The translations under genes and the position numbers were made by a program. A model generated the notes under the pieces. The model was given only the letters and a program-made list of their open reading frames with translations, made no database searches and was not told the origin of the DNA. From contig JAODBB010000233.1 in NCBI GenBank assembly GCA_025463745.1, positions 202 to 64,201 of the forward strand: a DNA stretch of 64,000 nt. The letters are read 5' to 3'. Below are positions 10,029 to 20,383 of the stretch, one piece after another; the first letter of the stretch is position 1, and the number at the start of each line of letters is the position of its first letter. The DNA is from Subtercola sp. Lineage in GTDB: Bacteria > Actinomycetota > Actinomycetes > Actinomycetales > Microbacteriaceae.

Positions 10029-10913
10029 CTAGGCGGGCTGCGCGCCCGGCCAGGTCACCGCACGTGCGGCCGCAGCGCTTGCGGCACGCATTGCGGCCTC
10101 GTGCGAGTCGCCGGCAGCGAGACGAGCCGCTAGCGTACCGCAGTAGCTGTCTCCTGCGCCGGTAGTGTCGACCACATTCACGACAGCAGCCGCGTCGACA
10201 GTGACGTCGCCCCACCGCGAGCCGCGCGAGCCGAGTGTCACGAGAAGCGACTCCGGCTCGGTTCCGGATGCCCGCAGTTCGTCGGCCTCGTGCTCGTTCA
10301 CCACAACGGGGTCGGCGAGCGCCAGCACCTCGGGCGGCAGCAGCGCGAAGGGGGCGAGGTTGAGCACGACGCGGGCGCCGGCATCCGCTGCGGCCCGCAC
10401 AGCCGCCGACACCACGGCGAGATCGAGTTCGAGCGAGATCAGCAGCACGTCTGCCGAGGTCAGCCCGGTCGGCCGAGATTCGTAAGCCGTGTCGGTGGTG
10501 TCGAGCCCACCTCCTCCGCGGAGTACTTCGAGGTCGGCCACTGAGACATGGGCGTTAGCGCCGGCCGACACGACGATGGTGTTCTCGCCGCGCTCATCAA
10601 CCGCGATCATCGCGTGCCCGGTCGTGACGCCGCGGGTCACGGTGAGTGCCCGCACGTCGATCGAGCGTGATGCCAACCGTGAACGGTAGTCGACGCCGAC
10701 GGCATCGTCGCCCACCCGCCCGACGAAGACCACTTCGGCGCCGGCCTCCGCAGCCGCCACCGCCTGATTGGCGCCTTTTCCACCCCAGAACGTGGCCAGG
10801 TCTCCGCCGCGCACGGTTTCACCGGGTGCGGGATGCCGCTGCACCCGCACCACGGAATCGACGTTCAGCGAACCCACCACAAACACCCGGCCCACAGCGA
10901 CCCCTTTCGTCAT
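10029..10913 (-). CDS. Ribokinase/PfkB sugar kinase
   Basis: GSLNVD, GGKGANQAVA, NEHE, DTTGAGD. Confidence 0.9.
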   Translation of the reverse strand: MTKGVAVGRVFVVGSLNVDSVVRVQRHPAPGETVRGGDLATFWGGKGANQAVAAAEAGAEVVFVGRVGDDAVGVDYRSRLASRSIDVRALTVTRGVTTGHAMIAVDERGENTIVVSAGANAHVSVADLEVLRGGGGLDTTDTAYESRPTGLTSADVLLISLELDLAVVSAAVRAAADAGARVVLNLAPFALLPPEVLALADPVVVNEHEADELRASGTEPESLLVTLGSRGSRWGDVTVDAAAVVNVVDTTGAGDSYCGTLAARLAAGDSHEAAMRAASAAAARAVTWPGAQPA

Positions 10914-11004
10914 TCCGCGGCCAGCCTACCCGCGGCCGGCCGCGCGACGGATCGGCTCCCGCCCCGAACCCATCCCAGCGGGCGGACACGGGCAGAGGGG
11001 CGAC

Positions 11005-13197
11005 TCAGCTCGTGGCTGCGGTCAGGTCGTACAGGGTCGTTCCATCAACCGTGGTCGGCGTGAAGTTCGCCGCCACCCAGGATGCGATCTGTGACGATAC
11101 AGAACTGCCGCCGTTCGACGCACCGATAGAACCCGCTGAGATGAAGTAGTGGATCTTGCCTTGGGCCACGTACGACTCAAACTGTTCCAGGGTCGGTGAG
11201 GGGTCGCTGCCGTTGAACCCCCCGATCGGCATGACGGCCGCCTGGCTGGCGAGTTGGTAACTCGCGGCATTCTGCGACCCGACCGCTGCCGCGGCCCAGG
11301 TGTAATTCGAGGCATTCGCCGCAATCAGCATGCTGACCTGAGTGCTGACGCTCGCCCCACCAAACAGTCCGCCACCGCCGGCACCACCGAATCCGGCGCC
11401 GGTTCCTCTTGTGGCCCCCGCTCCTCCTGTCGTTCCGGCCGCTGAGCCCCCGGGCGTGCCGGTGCCTGTGCCGCCGGTTGTTCCCGTGCCGCCGGCACCT
11501 CGCTGACCGAACCCGCCCGGGGGCAGTCCGGTGCCCCCGCCCGTTCCGGCTCCCGGAGGCCCGCCGGCTGCGCCACCGCGCGCTCCCGTTGCACCGCCGG
11601 CCCGCCCGAACCCGCCACCGACGCCGAACCCGGTCGACGAAGCGACCGTCGGCCCGGCCGTCACGATAGAACCGGTGTGCCCGGTCGAGATCGTCTGCAG
11701 CGTGTAGGCGATTGGAGCCAGCAGCACAGCGACCAGCGTCACAATGACGGTCGTAACGCGAAGGGATCGCCACTTCCACCGCACCACTAGCAGCGCCGCC
11801 GCCACGATGGCGAGCACGAGCACGACGAATTTCAGCCACGGCAACCACTCGGTCGCGCGTGTCAGCAGAGCGAACGCCCAGCTGCCCGTGCCCAGAACGA
11901 GTGCCGCCGAAAGCAGACGCGCCCAGAGATAGCGGCGGGTGTTCCACAGCATCACGGCTCCAGCACCCACGAGCCCGGCTATGGCCGGCGCCAAGGCGAC
12001 GGTGTAATAGGCGTGAAAGATGCCGGCCATGTAGCTGAACAGCAGCCCGGTGAGCACCAGCCAGCCACCGAACATGACGAAGATGGCTCGCCGAGCATCC
12101 GTTCGCTTCTGCCTGCGCAGCAAGACGAACGACACCACCATGAGAACGAGTGCTGCGGGGATGAGCCAGGCGATCTGCCCGCCGAATTCGCCGTCGAGCA
12201 GCCGGGTGATTCCGGTGGCTCCCCATTGGCCGCCGCCGAGCGCAGCAGCAGCACCGGCACCGCCCGTGACGCTGCCCGTCTCGGCGCCGGTGAGCCGGCC
12301 GAAGCCGTTGTAACCGAAAGTGAGCTCGAGAAAGTCGTTGTTCTGTGAGCCGCCCACGTACGGCCGCATGGAGGCGGGCACGAGCTCGACGATCGCCACC
12401 CACCAGCCGGCCGAGACGATCACTGCGGCGAGCGCCCCGAGCAGGTGCAGCAGCCGTCTGCCGAATGTCACCGGCGAGGCCCAGGCGTAGGCCACCGCCA
12501 GCGGCGGCAGTATGACAAAGGCCTGCAATTGTTTGGTGAGAAACCCGAACCCGATCATCACACCGGCCAGAAGCAACCATTTCAGCCGGCCGGTTTCGAT
12601 GGCACGCACCGTGAAGTAGACCGACGCGGTGAGGAGCAGAACGAGCAGGGCGTCGGGGTTGTTGAACCTGAACATCAGAGCGACGACCGGGGTGCTGGCG
12701 AGAACTCCCCCGGCGATCAGGGCGGCGCCCGGCGAGAAGTGCCGGCGCACGATCACGTAGACGAGAGCGACCGTGAGGATGCCCATCAGCGCCTCGGGCA
12801 ACAGAATCGACCACGAGCTGAGGCCGAAAGCTCGAACCGACAGCGCCATGATCCACAGGCTTGCCGGCGGCTTGTCGACCGTGATCGAGTTGCCTGCATC
12901 TGACGAACCGAAGAGAAATGCCTCCCAGTTCTGCGAGCCTGCCTGTGCGGCTGCCGAATAGAACTCGTTCGCGTATCCGCTGTTCGAAAGGTTCCAGAGG
13001 TAGGCGAGACCCGTCAGAATCAGCAGTCCGAGCAGAGCGGGCCGTTCCCAGACGGCGTGGGTCGGCTTGCCGCGCACAAGCCCCCGAGCAAGACCCCGGA
13101 TGCGCCCGCCGGTCTCGCCTGGCCCGCTCACTGCGGCGGATCCGGCTGATGCGGGCCGGCCCGGCGTGCCGGGCCGGGGAAGAGTGCTGCTGGTCAT
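11005..13197 (-). CDS. GT39/ArnT-like membrane glycosyltransferase (YkcB-like) with Gly-rich linker
   Basis: NEFYSAA, ITVDKPP, RFNNPD, GFLTK, PYVGGS, GYNGFGR, IGGFNGSDP. Confidence 0.88.
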   Translation of the reverse strand: MTSSTLPRPGTPGRPASAGSAAVSGPGETGGRIRGLARGLVRGKPTHAVWERPALLGLLILTGLAYLWNLSNSGYANEFYSAAAQAGSQNWEAFLFGSSDAGNSITVDKPPASLWIMALSVRAFGLSSWSILLPEALMGILTVALVYVIVRRHFSPGAALIAGGVLASTPVVALMFRFNNPDALLVLLLTASVYFTVRAIETGRLKWLLLAGVMIGFGFLTKQLQAFVILPPLAVAYAWASPVTFGRRLLHLLGALAAVIVSAGWWVAIVELVPASMRPYVGGSQNNDFLELTFGYNGFGRLTGAETGSVTGGAGAAAALGGGQWGATGITRLLDGEFGGQIAWLIPAALVLMVVSFVLLRRQKRTDARRAIFVMFGGWLVLTGLLFSYMAGIFHAYYTVALAPAIAGLVGAGAVMLWNTRRYLWARLLSAALVLGTGSWAFALLTRATEWLPWLKFVVLVLAIVAAALLVVRWKWRSLRVTTVIVTLVAVLLAPIAYTLQTISTGHTGSIVTAGPTVASSTGFGVGGGFGRAGGATGARGGAAGGPPGAGTGGGTGLPPGGFGQRGAGGTGTTGGTGTGTPGGSAAGTTGGAGATRGTGAGFGGAGGGGLFGGASVSTQVSMLIAANASNYTWAAAAVGSQNAASYQLASQAAVMPIGGFNGSDPSPTLEQFESYVAQGKIHYFISAGSIGASNGGSSVSSQIASWVAANFTPTTVDGTTLYDLTAATS

Positions 13198-14588
13198 CAG
13201 GCGGCGCTCGCTTTCTGATTCGATGACGACGGGGCGGAAGGAGAGGGTGGGGAACACGGCGCAGAAGCTGTCGGCATCGTGCCCCCTCGAGTTTCACCTT
13301 CGGCAGAAGCGCGCGACGCAGAAGGGCGGCCGGATGTGGAGAAGTCGGGCTCTTGGCCCGATGTGAGTGACAGGTTCGAGACGACCGGGGCCGCCGGAGC
13401 AGCCCGCATCGGCACCCGGAAGACCCAGCGCCGCAGCAGCACGAACCGCACCGCGGTCGCCAGCAGATTCGCCAGCGTGAGCACGATCAATTCGACCGTG
13501 GTGCCGGCGTTCGGGGCCAACGCGTTCAGCGCGACGAGCGACCCCGACGTTATCACCCACGCGAGGGCGAATACGATGAGCCCCTGAAACTGGTGAAGGG
13601 CGGCTCGCTCTGGCCCCCGAATCGCAAACGTAAAGCGTCTGTTCGCCCACGTATTGGCGATTGTGGTGATCAGCAATGCGGTGAAGTTGGCCGCCTGTGC
13701 CCCCAACGAGCCCTGGAACGCGAGATAGAGCAGCGCGTAGACGACCGTCGAGAGCCCGCCGACGATGCAGAATCGCACTACCTGCCCGAGAAACGATGGC
13801 CGAGAGTGCAGCCCGATGGGCGAGCGCCCGAGCTGGGCGTACACCGACTGCACCGGAATCACCCCGCGGGCCAGATCGCGCGCCACCCGGAACGCGCCAC
13901 GCAGATCTTGCTTGATGGTCGGCACGATGTCGACCCGCGAATCGAGGTCATCGATCCAGTCGACCGGAACCTCGTGGATGCGCAGCCCCGACCGCTGCGC
14001 AATCACGAGCAGTTCCGTGTCGAAGAACCACGCATCGTCGTGCACCAACGGGAGAAGCACCGCCGCGACGTCAGCGCGAACCGCCTTGAAACCGCACTGG
14101 GCGTCAGAGAACGTGACCCCGAGCATCCCGTGCAGCAGCACGTTGTACGAGCGTGAAATGAACTCGCGTTTGCCGCCGCGCACCACACGTGAGGAGCGGG
14201 CGAGCCGTGTGCCGATCGCCACGTCGGAGTGCCCCGAGAGAAGAGGGGCGACAAGCGGGGGCAGTGCGGCCAGATCAGTCGACAGGTCAACGTCGATATA
14301 CGCAAGCACACGCGCATCAGACGACCCCCAGGCAAGCTTGAGCGCGTGCCCACGACCCTTGCGCGGGGTGTGAATCACGCGAACCTCAGCCATCTCAGCG
14401 GCGAGCGCATCCGCGATCTCGGGAGTGTCGTCGACGCTGGCGTTGTCGGCGATAGTGACCTGCCACGGCACCGACATCGATTCGGCGAGGTAAGCGGTCA
14501 ACCTGCGGATACTCGACTCGAGCGCGCCTTGCTCGTTGTAAACAGGCACCACGACGTCGACAGCGAGTGATCTCTGTTGCGGGTTCAT
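13197..14588 (-). CDS. Bifunctional GT2 (polyprenol-P sugar synthase)/GtrA flippase
   Basis: VVVPVYNE, DNAS, YIDVD, DAQCGFK, WFFDTE; C-terminal GtrA helices; stop overlaps next ATG. Confidence 0.9.
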   Translation of the reverse strand: MNPQQRSLAVDVVVPVYNEQGALESSIRRLTAYLAESMSVPWQVTIADNASVDDTPEIADALAAEMAEVRVIHTPRKGRGHALKLAWGSSDARVLAYIDVDLSTDLAALPPLVAPLLSGHSDVAIGTRLARSSRVVRGGKREFISRSYNVLLHGMLGVTFSDAQCGFKAVRADVAAVLLPLVHDDAWFFDTELLVIAQRSGLRIHEVPVDWIDDLDSRVDIVPTIKQDLRGAFRVARDLARGVIPVQSVYAQLGRSPIGLHSRPSFLGQVVRFCIVGGLSTVVYALLYLAFQGSLGAQAANFTALLITTIANTWANRRFTFAIRGPERAALHQFQGLIVFALAWVITSGSLVALNALAPNAGTTVELIVLTLANLLATAVRFVLLRRWVFRVPMRAAPAAPVVSNLSLTSGQEPDFSTSGRPSASRASAEGETRGGTMPTASAPCSPPSPSAPSSSNQKASAA

Positions 14589-14631
14589 GCAGACACTCTC
14601 GCTCGCGCGGCTCCGCGACTACTTTCGTTTG

Positions 14632-14649
14632 CCTATGAGGCTGCTATGG
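14632..14649 (-). promoter_or_regulatory. Possible OmpR/PhoP-type direct repeat CCATAGC-N4-TCATAGG
   Basis: 7-4-7 spacing like the actinobacterial PhoP box TCACAGC-N4-TCACAGC; about 45 bp upstream of GT2. Confidence 0.4.
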
Positions 14650-14798
14650 CATAGAGATTCCGGTGATTACACAAGTACGCCGCGAGAGCGAAATGCTCGG
14701 CGCTCATCGAGTGCCCGTCGGTCTCGACACAACACATGGCGCGTCGAGTGTCGGCGTGCGCAGACAACGCTTGGCGTGCACGCCTCTCTGGGGTAATG

Positions 14799-14826
14799 TG
14801 TGGTCATACCACATGGTCTGACCACA
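14799..14826. promoter_or_regulatory. Tandem LldR operators TGGTCATACCA and TGGTCTGACCA
   Basis: Palindromes at 14801-14811 and 14814-14824; the second equals the corynebacterial LldR site. Confidence 0.8.
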
Positions 14827-14925
14827 TCTCTGCACCGATTTCCGTCGCTCCCCCCGCTTTCTCCCCACCCTCCCCACCCCGCACCGCACACCGCACACCG
14901 CACACCGACGAATGGATGATCGCAG

Positions 14926-15879
14926 GTGAACCCACTGCCCACCACCCCCGGCACCCGCGCGTGGGAAGACGTGCTCGCCCACATCGAGCAGCGGCTCATC
15001 GACGGCACTCTGCTTCCGGGCGATCATCTGCCCTCGGAGCGGGCCCTTTCGGCAGACCTCGGCGTCGGCCGGTCGTCGGTGCGTGAGGCATTGCGAGTGC
15101 TCGAAGTGCTGGGGCTGTTGCGTACGCACACCGGCTCGGGGCCCGAATCGGGCGCCATCATCATCGCCCGCCCCTCCGGCGGAATGTCGTCGCTCATTCG
15201 TCTACAGGTCGCGGCGCAGGGCTTTCGGGTCGACGACGTGGTCAGCACTCGGCTCATTCTCGAGACCGCGGTGGCCGGGCAGCTCGCCGATGCAGTGGCA
15301 GCCGCGCATTCAGCTGGATCGCTCCGAGCCGCCCCTGTCGCAGGCTCGGGGTCGGGCACGGGGTCGGGTCTCTCGGCGGGCGAGCGGATGCCCGACCTCT
15401 CAGCCGCGCTCGAACTGCTCGATGCGATGGAGGTCGGTGGTGCATCCACCTCGGCCCCTACCGCACCCGAGTATCTCGCGCTCGACGCCCAGTTCCACTT
15501 CTCGCTCGCCATGGCCACTGGCAATGAGGTCATCGCCGCCACGATGACGGGGTTGCGGAATTCGATCGAGAGCTATTCGCTCGCCGGACTAGCGAACCTC
15601 GAATCGTGGCCGAAGACGTCTGAGCGGCTGAAGCGGGAACACCGGGCGATCATCGCCGCCATTCAATCGGGTGACGCCGACGCCGCGAGGGCAACCGTCG
15701 ACGCCCACATCAGGGGCTACTACGCCGAGGCCGGCTTCGGGCAAGGCCCGCAAGGCATACGCAGCCCGCAGACTCAGCACGACCCACACCCATCACCCAC
15801 CACACCACGCGGCCACCTCGTGTCACGCACGAACCTCGCCGCAGTCGCAAACGAAAGGCCCAGGCCCGATCATGGTTGA
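14926..15879 (+). CDS. lldR: FadR-family lactate regulator
   Basis: [11 protein letters not shown] wHTH plus FCD; directly upstream of lldD, with operators. Confidence 0.82.
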   Translation: MNPLPTTPGTRAWEDVLAHIEQRLIDGTLLPGDHLPSERALSADLGVGRSSVREALRVLEVLGLLRTHTGSGPESGAIIIARPSGGMSSLIRLQVAAQGFRVDDVVSTRLILETAVAGQLADAVAAAHSAGSLRAAPVAGSGSGTGSGLSAGERMPDLSAALELLDAMEVGGASTSAPTAPEYLALDAQFHFSLAMATGNEVIAATMTGLRNSIESYSLAGLANLESWPKTSERLKREHRAIIAAIQSGDADAARATVDAHIRGYYAEAGFGQGPQGIRSPQTQHDPHPSPTTPRGHLVSRTNLAAVANERPRPDHG

Positions 15880-17134
15880 ACGCAGAATTCCGAAAGTGGC
15901 AGACCTCGCACCACTCATGCAGTTCAAGGCTCCCGACCTGAACGCAAAGCGCCGCCGCCTCGAAGGCGCACTCACCATCGCCGACCTGCGCGCCATCGCC
16001 AAGCACCGCACCCCGAAGGCGGCCTTCGACTACACCGAAGGCGCGGCCGAGGGTGAAATCAGCCTGGCACGCGCGCGGCAGGCATTCGAAGACATTCAGT
16101 TCAACCCGTCGATTCTGCGCGATGTCTCGAAAGTGAGCACCGGGTGGGATGTGCTGGGCGCCCCCGTTTCGATGCCGTTCGGCATAGCGCCCACCGGGTT
16201 CACGCGCATGATGCAGACCGAGGGCGAAATCGCGGGGGCCGGCGCAGCAGCCGCGGCGGGCATCCCGTTCTCGCTGTCGACCATGGGTACGACCGCCATC
16301 GAAGACGTGAAGGCGGCCAACCCGAACGGCCGAAACTGGTTTCAGCTGTACATGTGGAAAGACCGCGACCGCTCGATGGCGCTCGTCGACAGGGCGGCGA
16401 AGGCGGGCTTCGACACTCTGCTCGTGACGGTCGATGTACCCGTCGCCGGCGCTCGACTGCGTGACAAGCGCAACGGGTTCTCGATTCCGCCCCAGCTCAC
16501 GCTCGGCACGGTCGTCAACGCACTGCCCCGCCCGGCCTGGTGGATCAACTTCCTCACCACCGAACCCCTCGCCTTCGCCTCGCTCGACCGTTGGTCTGGC
16601 ACCGTCGGCGAGCTTCTTGACTCGATGTTCGACCCCACCGTGACCTTCGACGACCTCGCCTGGATCAAAGCACAATGGCCCGGAAAGGTCGTGGTGAAGG
16701 GTGTTCAGAATGTTCAGGATGCCCGCAAACTCGCCGATCTCGGAGTCGACGGCATCGTGCTGTCGAATCACGGTGGCCGCCAGCTCGACCGTGCCCCCAT
16801 TCCCTTCCACCTCCTGCCCGACGTCGTTCGTGAGGTCGGAAGTGAGTACGAGGTGCACCTCGACACCGGCATCATGTCGGGTGCCGACATCGTGGCGGCC
16901 GTCGCCCTCGGCGCACGCTTCACTCTCGTGGGGCGCGCCTACCTCTACGGACTGATGGCCGGCGGCCGCGAGGGTGTCGACCGCATGATCCAGATTCTGA
17001 GCGACCAGATCGTGCGCACGATGCGCCTGCTCGGCGTGAACTCGCTCGAAGAACTCACGCCCGAGCACGTCACGCAGCTCGAGCGGCTCATCCCGCGCGC
17101 CCGTGCCGCGGCGGCCGAGCGTGTCATCGGCTGA
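15872..17134 (+). CDS. lldD: FMN-dependent L-lactate dehydrogenase
   Basis: [28 protein letters not shown]; GAAAGG RBS. Confidence 0.9.
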   Translation: MVERRIPKVADLAPLMQFKAPDLNAKRRRLEGALTIADLRAIAKHRTPKAAFDYTEGAAEGEISLARARQAFEDIQFNPSILRDVSKVSTGWDVLGAPVSMPFGIAPTGFTRMMQTEGEIAGAGAAAAAGIPFSLSTMGTTAIEDVKAANPNGRNWFQLYMWKDRDRSMALVDRAAKAGFDTLLVTVDVPVAGARLRDKRNGFSIPPQLTLGTVVNALPRPAWWINFLTTEPLAFASLDRWSGTVGELLDSMFDPTVTFDDLAWIKAQWPGKVVVKGVQNVQDARKLADLGVDGIVLSNHGGRQLDRAPIPFHLLPDVVREVGSEYEVHLDTGIMSGADIVAAVALGARFTLVGRAYLYGLMAGGREGVDRMIQILSDQIVRTMRLLGVNSLEELTPEHVTQLERLIPRARAAAAERVIG

Positions 17135-17176
17135 CGCGGCACGGGCTGATTTGGCGCGGGGAGGTAGCGTGGGAGC

Positions 17177-17611
17177 ATGCCCGCACTGAACGAACGCGCA
17201 ACCGAGGCGCTCGAGGCCGCTGAGGCCACTCGGCTCGCGAGTGAGTTGCAGGGCATCCGCGAGCCCCGAACACACGCTGCCGAGACTGCGTCGCTGACGG
17301 TTGATGACCGCACGATAGCCCTCGGCCCCGAAACCCGTGACGCCGTGCTCGACCTGTTACAGCGCCTTGCCGACGGACACGCCGTGGTGGTCGCCTCGAC
17401 CGACGCACTGCTCAGCACCTCGCAGGCTGCCGAGCTCATCGGCATCTCGGCCACGTACCTGCTGCGGCTTGCCAACAACGGAACCATTCCGGTTGAATAT
17501 CGCGGCACCCACCGGCGCTTTCGCCTGGCAGACGCAATGCGATACCTCGAGGAGTCGAAGCGGGCAGCGGCCAAGCGGTCTGCCGCCGCTAAGCCTCGAG
17601 CAGAGCCTTGA
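17177..17611 (+). CDS. Excisionase-family (HTH_17) DNA-binding protein
   Basis: LSTSQAAELIGISATYL...GTIP...GTHRR; TAGCGT -10 just upstream. Confidence 0.8.
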   Translation: MPALNERATEALEAAEATRLASELQGIREPRTHAAETASLTVDDRTIALGPETRDAVLDLLQRLADGHAVVVASTDALLSTSQAAELIGISATYLLRLANNGTIPVEYRGTHRRFRLADAMRYLEESKRAAAKRSAAAKPRAEP

Positions 17612-17990
17612 GGGTCGCGAGGTCAGACGCAACCGTTGCGGCGTCGGCGTCGAACGCCTCGGCGGCGACGCCCTGCTGCGGTTGCATCGTGAAGATGACC
17701 TCGGCGCCGTCACGGTGGGAGATGACCCGCACCGGGTTGGCGAACACTTCGCCGCTCGGCAGAGTGACGTCGTGGTCGAGTACTCCGAATTCGTTGCGCG
17801 GTGCGAACGACACCTCAACCTGCCCCATCGGCGAGTCGGCGAACCAGCGGCCGTCGATCAGCGTGGTCGACGAGCTCAACCCAGATGCCCACTCCGACAG
17901 GTTGCGCGGGTCGACGACGAACTCGTAGACGTCTGCAACCGACCGGTTGATGACGACACTGACATGACGTGAGGCCCCAGTATTCTCCAT
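17589..17990 (-). CDS. SRPBCC/polyketide cyclase-like protein
   Basis: VYEFVVDPRNLSEWASG, NEFGVLDH, DLATLKALLE. Confidence 0.8.
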   Translation of the reverse strand: MENTGASRHVSVVINRSVADVYEFVVDPRNLSEWASGLSSSTTLIDGRWFADSPMGQVEVSFAPRNEFGVLDHDVTLPSGEVFANPVRVISHRDGAEVIFTMQPQQGVAAEAFDADAATVASDLATLKALLEA

Positions 17991-18072
17991 GCCTCTATTC
18001 TCGGCCCTTTCGTAGACTGAAACCACGGCGCATTCACCCCGCCGCCGCACACGCAGGCAACCGGAGGCCCTC

Positions 18073-18882
18073 ATGGCTCGCGACACCACCCACGCACTCT
18101 CATTCGGCCAGAACGTCGGCGATTACGAGCGCGGCCGCCCGAGTTACCCCGACGCGGCCGTCGACTGGATGCTCGCCCAGGCCACACCCGGCAGCTCGCC
18201 CTATGACACCGCACCCGTGCGCATCCCGGCAAAGCATCCGGGCGCAGACCACACCGAGCCCCTCGCGGTGGTCGATGTGGGCGCCGGAACAGGTAAATTC
18301 ACGGCTTCACTCGTCGCCCGCGATCTCGCCGTGAGCGCAGTCGAACCCGACCCGGTGATGCGAGCGAGCCTGACGCGCAACTATCCGTCGGTCACTGCAT
18401 ACCAAGGCACCGGCGAATCGATGCCGCTGCCCGACGCGAGCGCCGATCTCGTCACCTTCGCCCAATCGTGGCACTGGGTCGACGTGGATGCGGCGTCAGC
18501 CGAAGTCGCGCGTGTGCTGAAACCGACAGGGGCGCTCGCGCTGATCTGGAACATTCGCGACCAGAGCGTCGACTGGGTCGCGCGGCTGGGCGACATCATG
18601 GGCGCGTCGGCCGCCGAACAGTACGAGAGCGTGACGCCGCCCGTGGCGTGGCCGCTCGCGACGGTCGAGCACGCCCAGTTCTCGTGGGACAACCCCATGA
18701 CCCGCGACCAATTGCTGGCCATGATAACGTCACGCAGCTACATCATCGCGCTCGAACCCGGCGCACGCGCCGAGCTGCTCGAGCGGGTCGGGGTACTGCT
18801 CGACGAGCATCCGCAACTCGCGGGGCACGACACGTACCTCATGCCTTACTCGACTCGCGTCACGCTCGCCCGCCGCGCCTGA
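18073..18882 (+). CDS. Class I SAM-dependent methyltransferase
   Basis: YERGRPSYP, DVGAGTG, AQSWHW, RVLKP. Confidence 0.9.
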   Translation: MARDTTHALSFGQNVGDYERGRPSYPDAAVDWMLAQATPGSSPYDTAPVRIPAKHPGADHTEPLAVVDVGAGTGKFTASLVARDLAVSAVEPDPVMRASLTRNYPSVTAYQGTGESMPLPDASADLVTFAQSWHWVDVDAASAEVARVLKPTGALALIWNIRDQSVDWVARLGDIMGASAAEQYESVTPPVAWPLATVEHAQFSWDNPMTRDQLLAMITSRSYIIALEPGARAELLERVGVLLDEHPQLAGHDTYLMPYSTRVTLARRA

Positions 18883-19006
18883 CCGACAGCCGCCAGATGC
18901 CTCACTGGCATCGGCTCGAACCGATCGGGGCTCTGATCAGCGAAGTCGGGCAGGGCCGGCGGCGGCGAGACTCTGCCGCATCCACCACCCACAGCCGCAT
19001 AAGAAC

Positions 19007-19258
19007 TCAGCCGAAGCGCTTCTGAGCCCTTTTGCCGGCCCTCTTTGCCGCCTTTTCTGCAGCCGCCGTTGCATCGGCAGTCGCCTGCTTGGCGCTCTTG
19101 ACGGCACGAACGCGCGCCTTCTTGACCTGCGGGTCGTTCCAGAAGCTGTTCACCGCCGACGAGATCTCTTTGTACCGCGCCTTACCCGCTTTGGCTCCCA
19201 GCACGTAGGCGAAGAAAGCGATGATGACGATGAAAACGAACATGACCTTACCGCGCAT
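19007..19258 (-). CDS. Small membrane-anchored basic protein (YtxH-like)
   Basis: N-terminal TM then YVLGAKAGKARY...W, a common actinobacterial pattern. Confidence 0.7.
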   Translation of the reverse strand: MRGKVMFVFIVIIAFFAYVLGAKAGKARYKEISSAVNSFWNDPQVKKARVRAVKSAKQATADATAAAEKAAKRAGKRAQKRFG

Positions 19259-19419
19259 GACAATAATCTCCCATCAGAAATGTTGATTCAATACTGTGCG
19301 CCGAGCGACCGGGCAGAAACCCCTTGACTCGAGGAATACCGGCTGCCGCACTCTCGCCGAACGGCATACTCGCCGAACGACATACTCCGCGCGCGCGGCA
19401 CTCTCAGTGCGCGGCAGCC

Positions 19420-20292
19420 CTACTTGCCCACAGCATCCAGCGCAGCGTACTCGTCGTCGCTGAGTTCGATGGCTGCAGCCGCGATGTTGTCTTCAACGTG
19501 CGCGACCGACGAGGTACCCGGAATCGGCAGCATAACCGGCGAACGCCGCAGCAGCCAGGCGAGCGCAAGCTGGCTGGGACTGTTGCCGTGCTCGGAAGCG
19601 ATGGCCGCGAGCGGCGAGCCTTCGCCCGAGAGCTTGCCCGTAGCAAGCGGAAACCACGGGATGAAAGCGATGCTGTTGGCCTCTGAGTAGTTCAGCACGT
19701 CTTCGGCCGAGCGGTTGGTGAGGTTGAACAGGTTCTGCACCGAAACGATCTCTGCGATCGCGCGAGCCGCTTCGACCTGGTCGACCGTCACTTCAGAGAG
19801 CCCGATGTGGCGCACCTTGCCCTCGTCTTGCAGCTCTTTCAGCGTGCCGATCTGCTCTTCGAGCGGCACCTTCGGGTCGATGCGGTGCAATTGCAGCAGA
19901 TCGATGCGGTCGACACCCAGGTTGCGCAGGTTCAGCTCGGTCTGTTGACGCAGGTATTCCGCGCGGCCCACCGGAATCCACTGATTCGGGCCCTGCCGGG
20001 TGAAGCCGACCTTGGTAGCGATCGCGATGTCTGACGCGTAGGGGTAAAGCGCCTCGCGAATGAGAGCGTCGGTGACATAGGGCCCGTAGGCGTCGGCCGT
20101 GTCGATCAGGTTCACGCCCAGCTCGATGGCACGGCGTAACACTGCCACGGCAGCGTCATGATCGTCGGGCTGACCCCAGACGCCGGGGCCGGTGAGCTGC
20201 ATCGTGCCGTAACCGAGACGGTTGACGGTGAGGTCGCCGCCGATGGTGAAGGTTCCGGCGGCCGCAGCGGGAGTGGTGGTGGTCGAACTCAT
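19420..20292 (-). CDS. Aldo/keto reductase
   Basis: LGYGTM, IDTADAYG, IATK, LHRID, IGLSE, LAWLL, PIPGT. Confidence 0.93.
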   Translation of the reverse strand: MSSTTTTPAAAAGTFTIGGDLTVNRLGYGTMQLTGPGVWGQPDDHDAAVAVLRRAIELGVNLIDTADAYGPYVTDALIREALYPYASDIAIATKVGFTRQGPNQWIPVGRAEYLRQQTELNLRNLGVDRIDLLQLHRIDPKVPLEEQIGTLKELQDEGKVRHIGLSEVTVDQVEAARAIAEIVSVQNLFNLTNRSAEDVLNYSEANSIAFIPWFPLATGKLSGEGSPLAAIASEHGNSPSQLALAWLLRRSPVMLPIPGTSSVAHVEDNIAAAAIELSDDEYAALDAVGK

Positions 20293-20383
20293 GGCTCATC
20301 TTCTTTCGAACTGGTCTCGTCGAACTGGTCTCGTCGAACGGTTTGTGCTGTTCGATTACAAGAGAACGCTACGCCGCTTTCGA

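Noticed and set aside
8453-10165. 570-aa plus-strand ORF, and similar long ORFs at 15710-17275, 41503-43314, 48533-49843 and 11177-13297
   Set aside because: Antisense or alternate-frame shadows of well-supported genes, expected at high GC; no recognisable motifs
11370-11640. Gly-rich repetitive DNA as a repeat array
   Set aside because: In-frame Gly/Thr/Ala linker typical of YkcB-like transferases
15740-15879. LldR C-terminal tail as an extra domain
   Set aside because: Low-complexity run through the lldD RBS region; most simply a lost stop codon
17177-17611. Excisionase as sign of an integrated element
   Set aside because: No integrase, tRNA or att-like repeats seen
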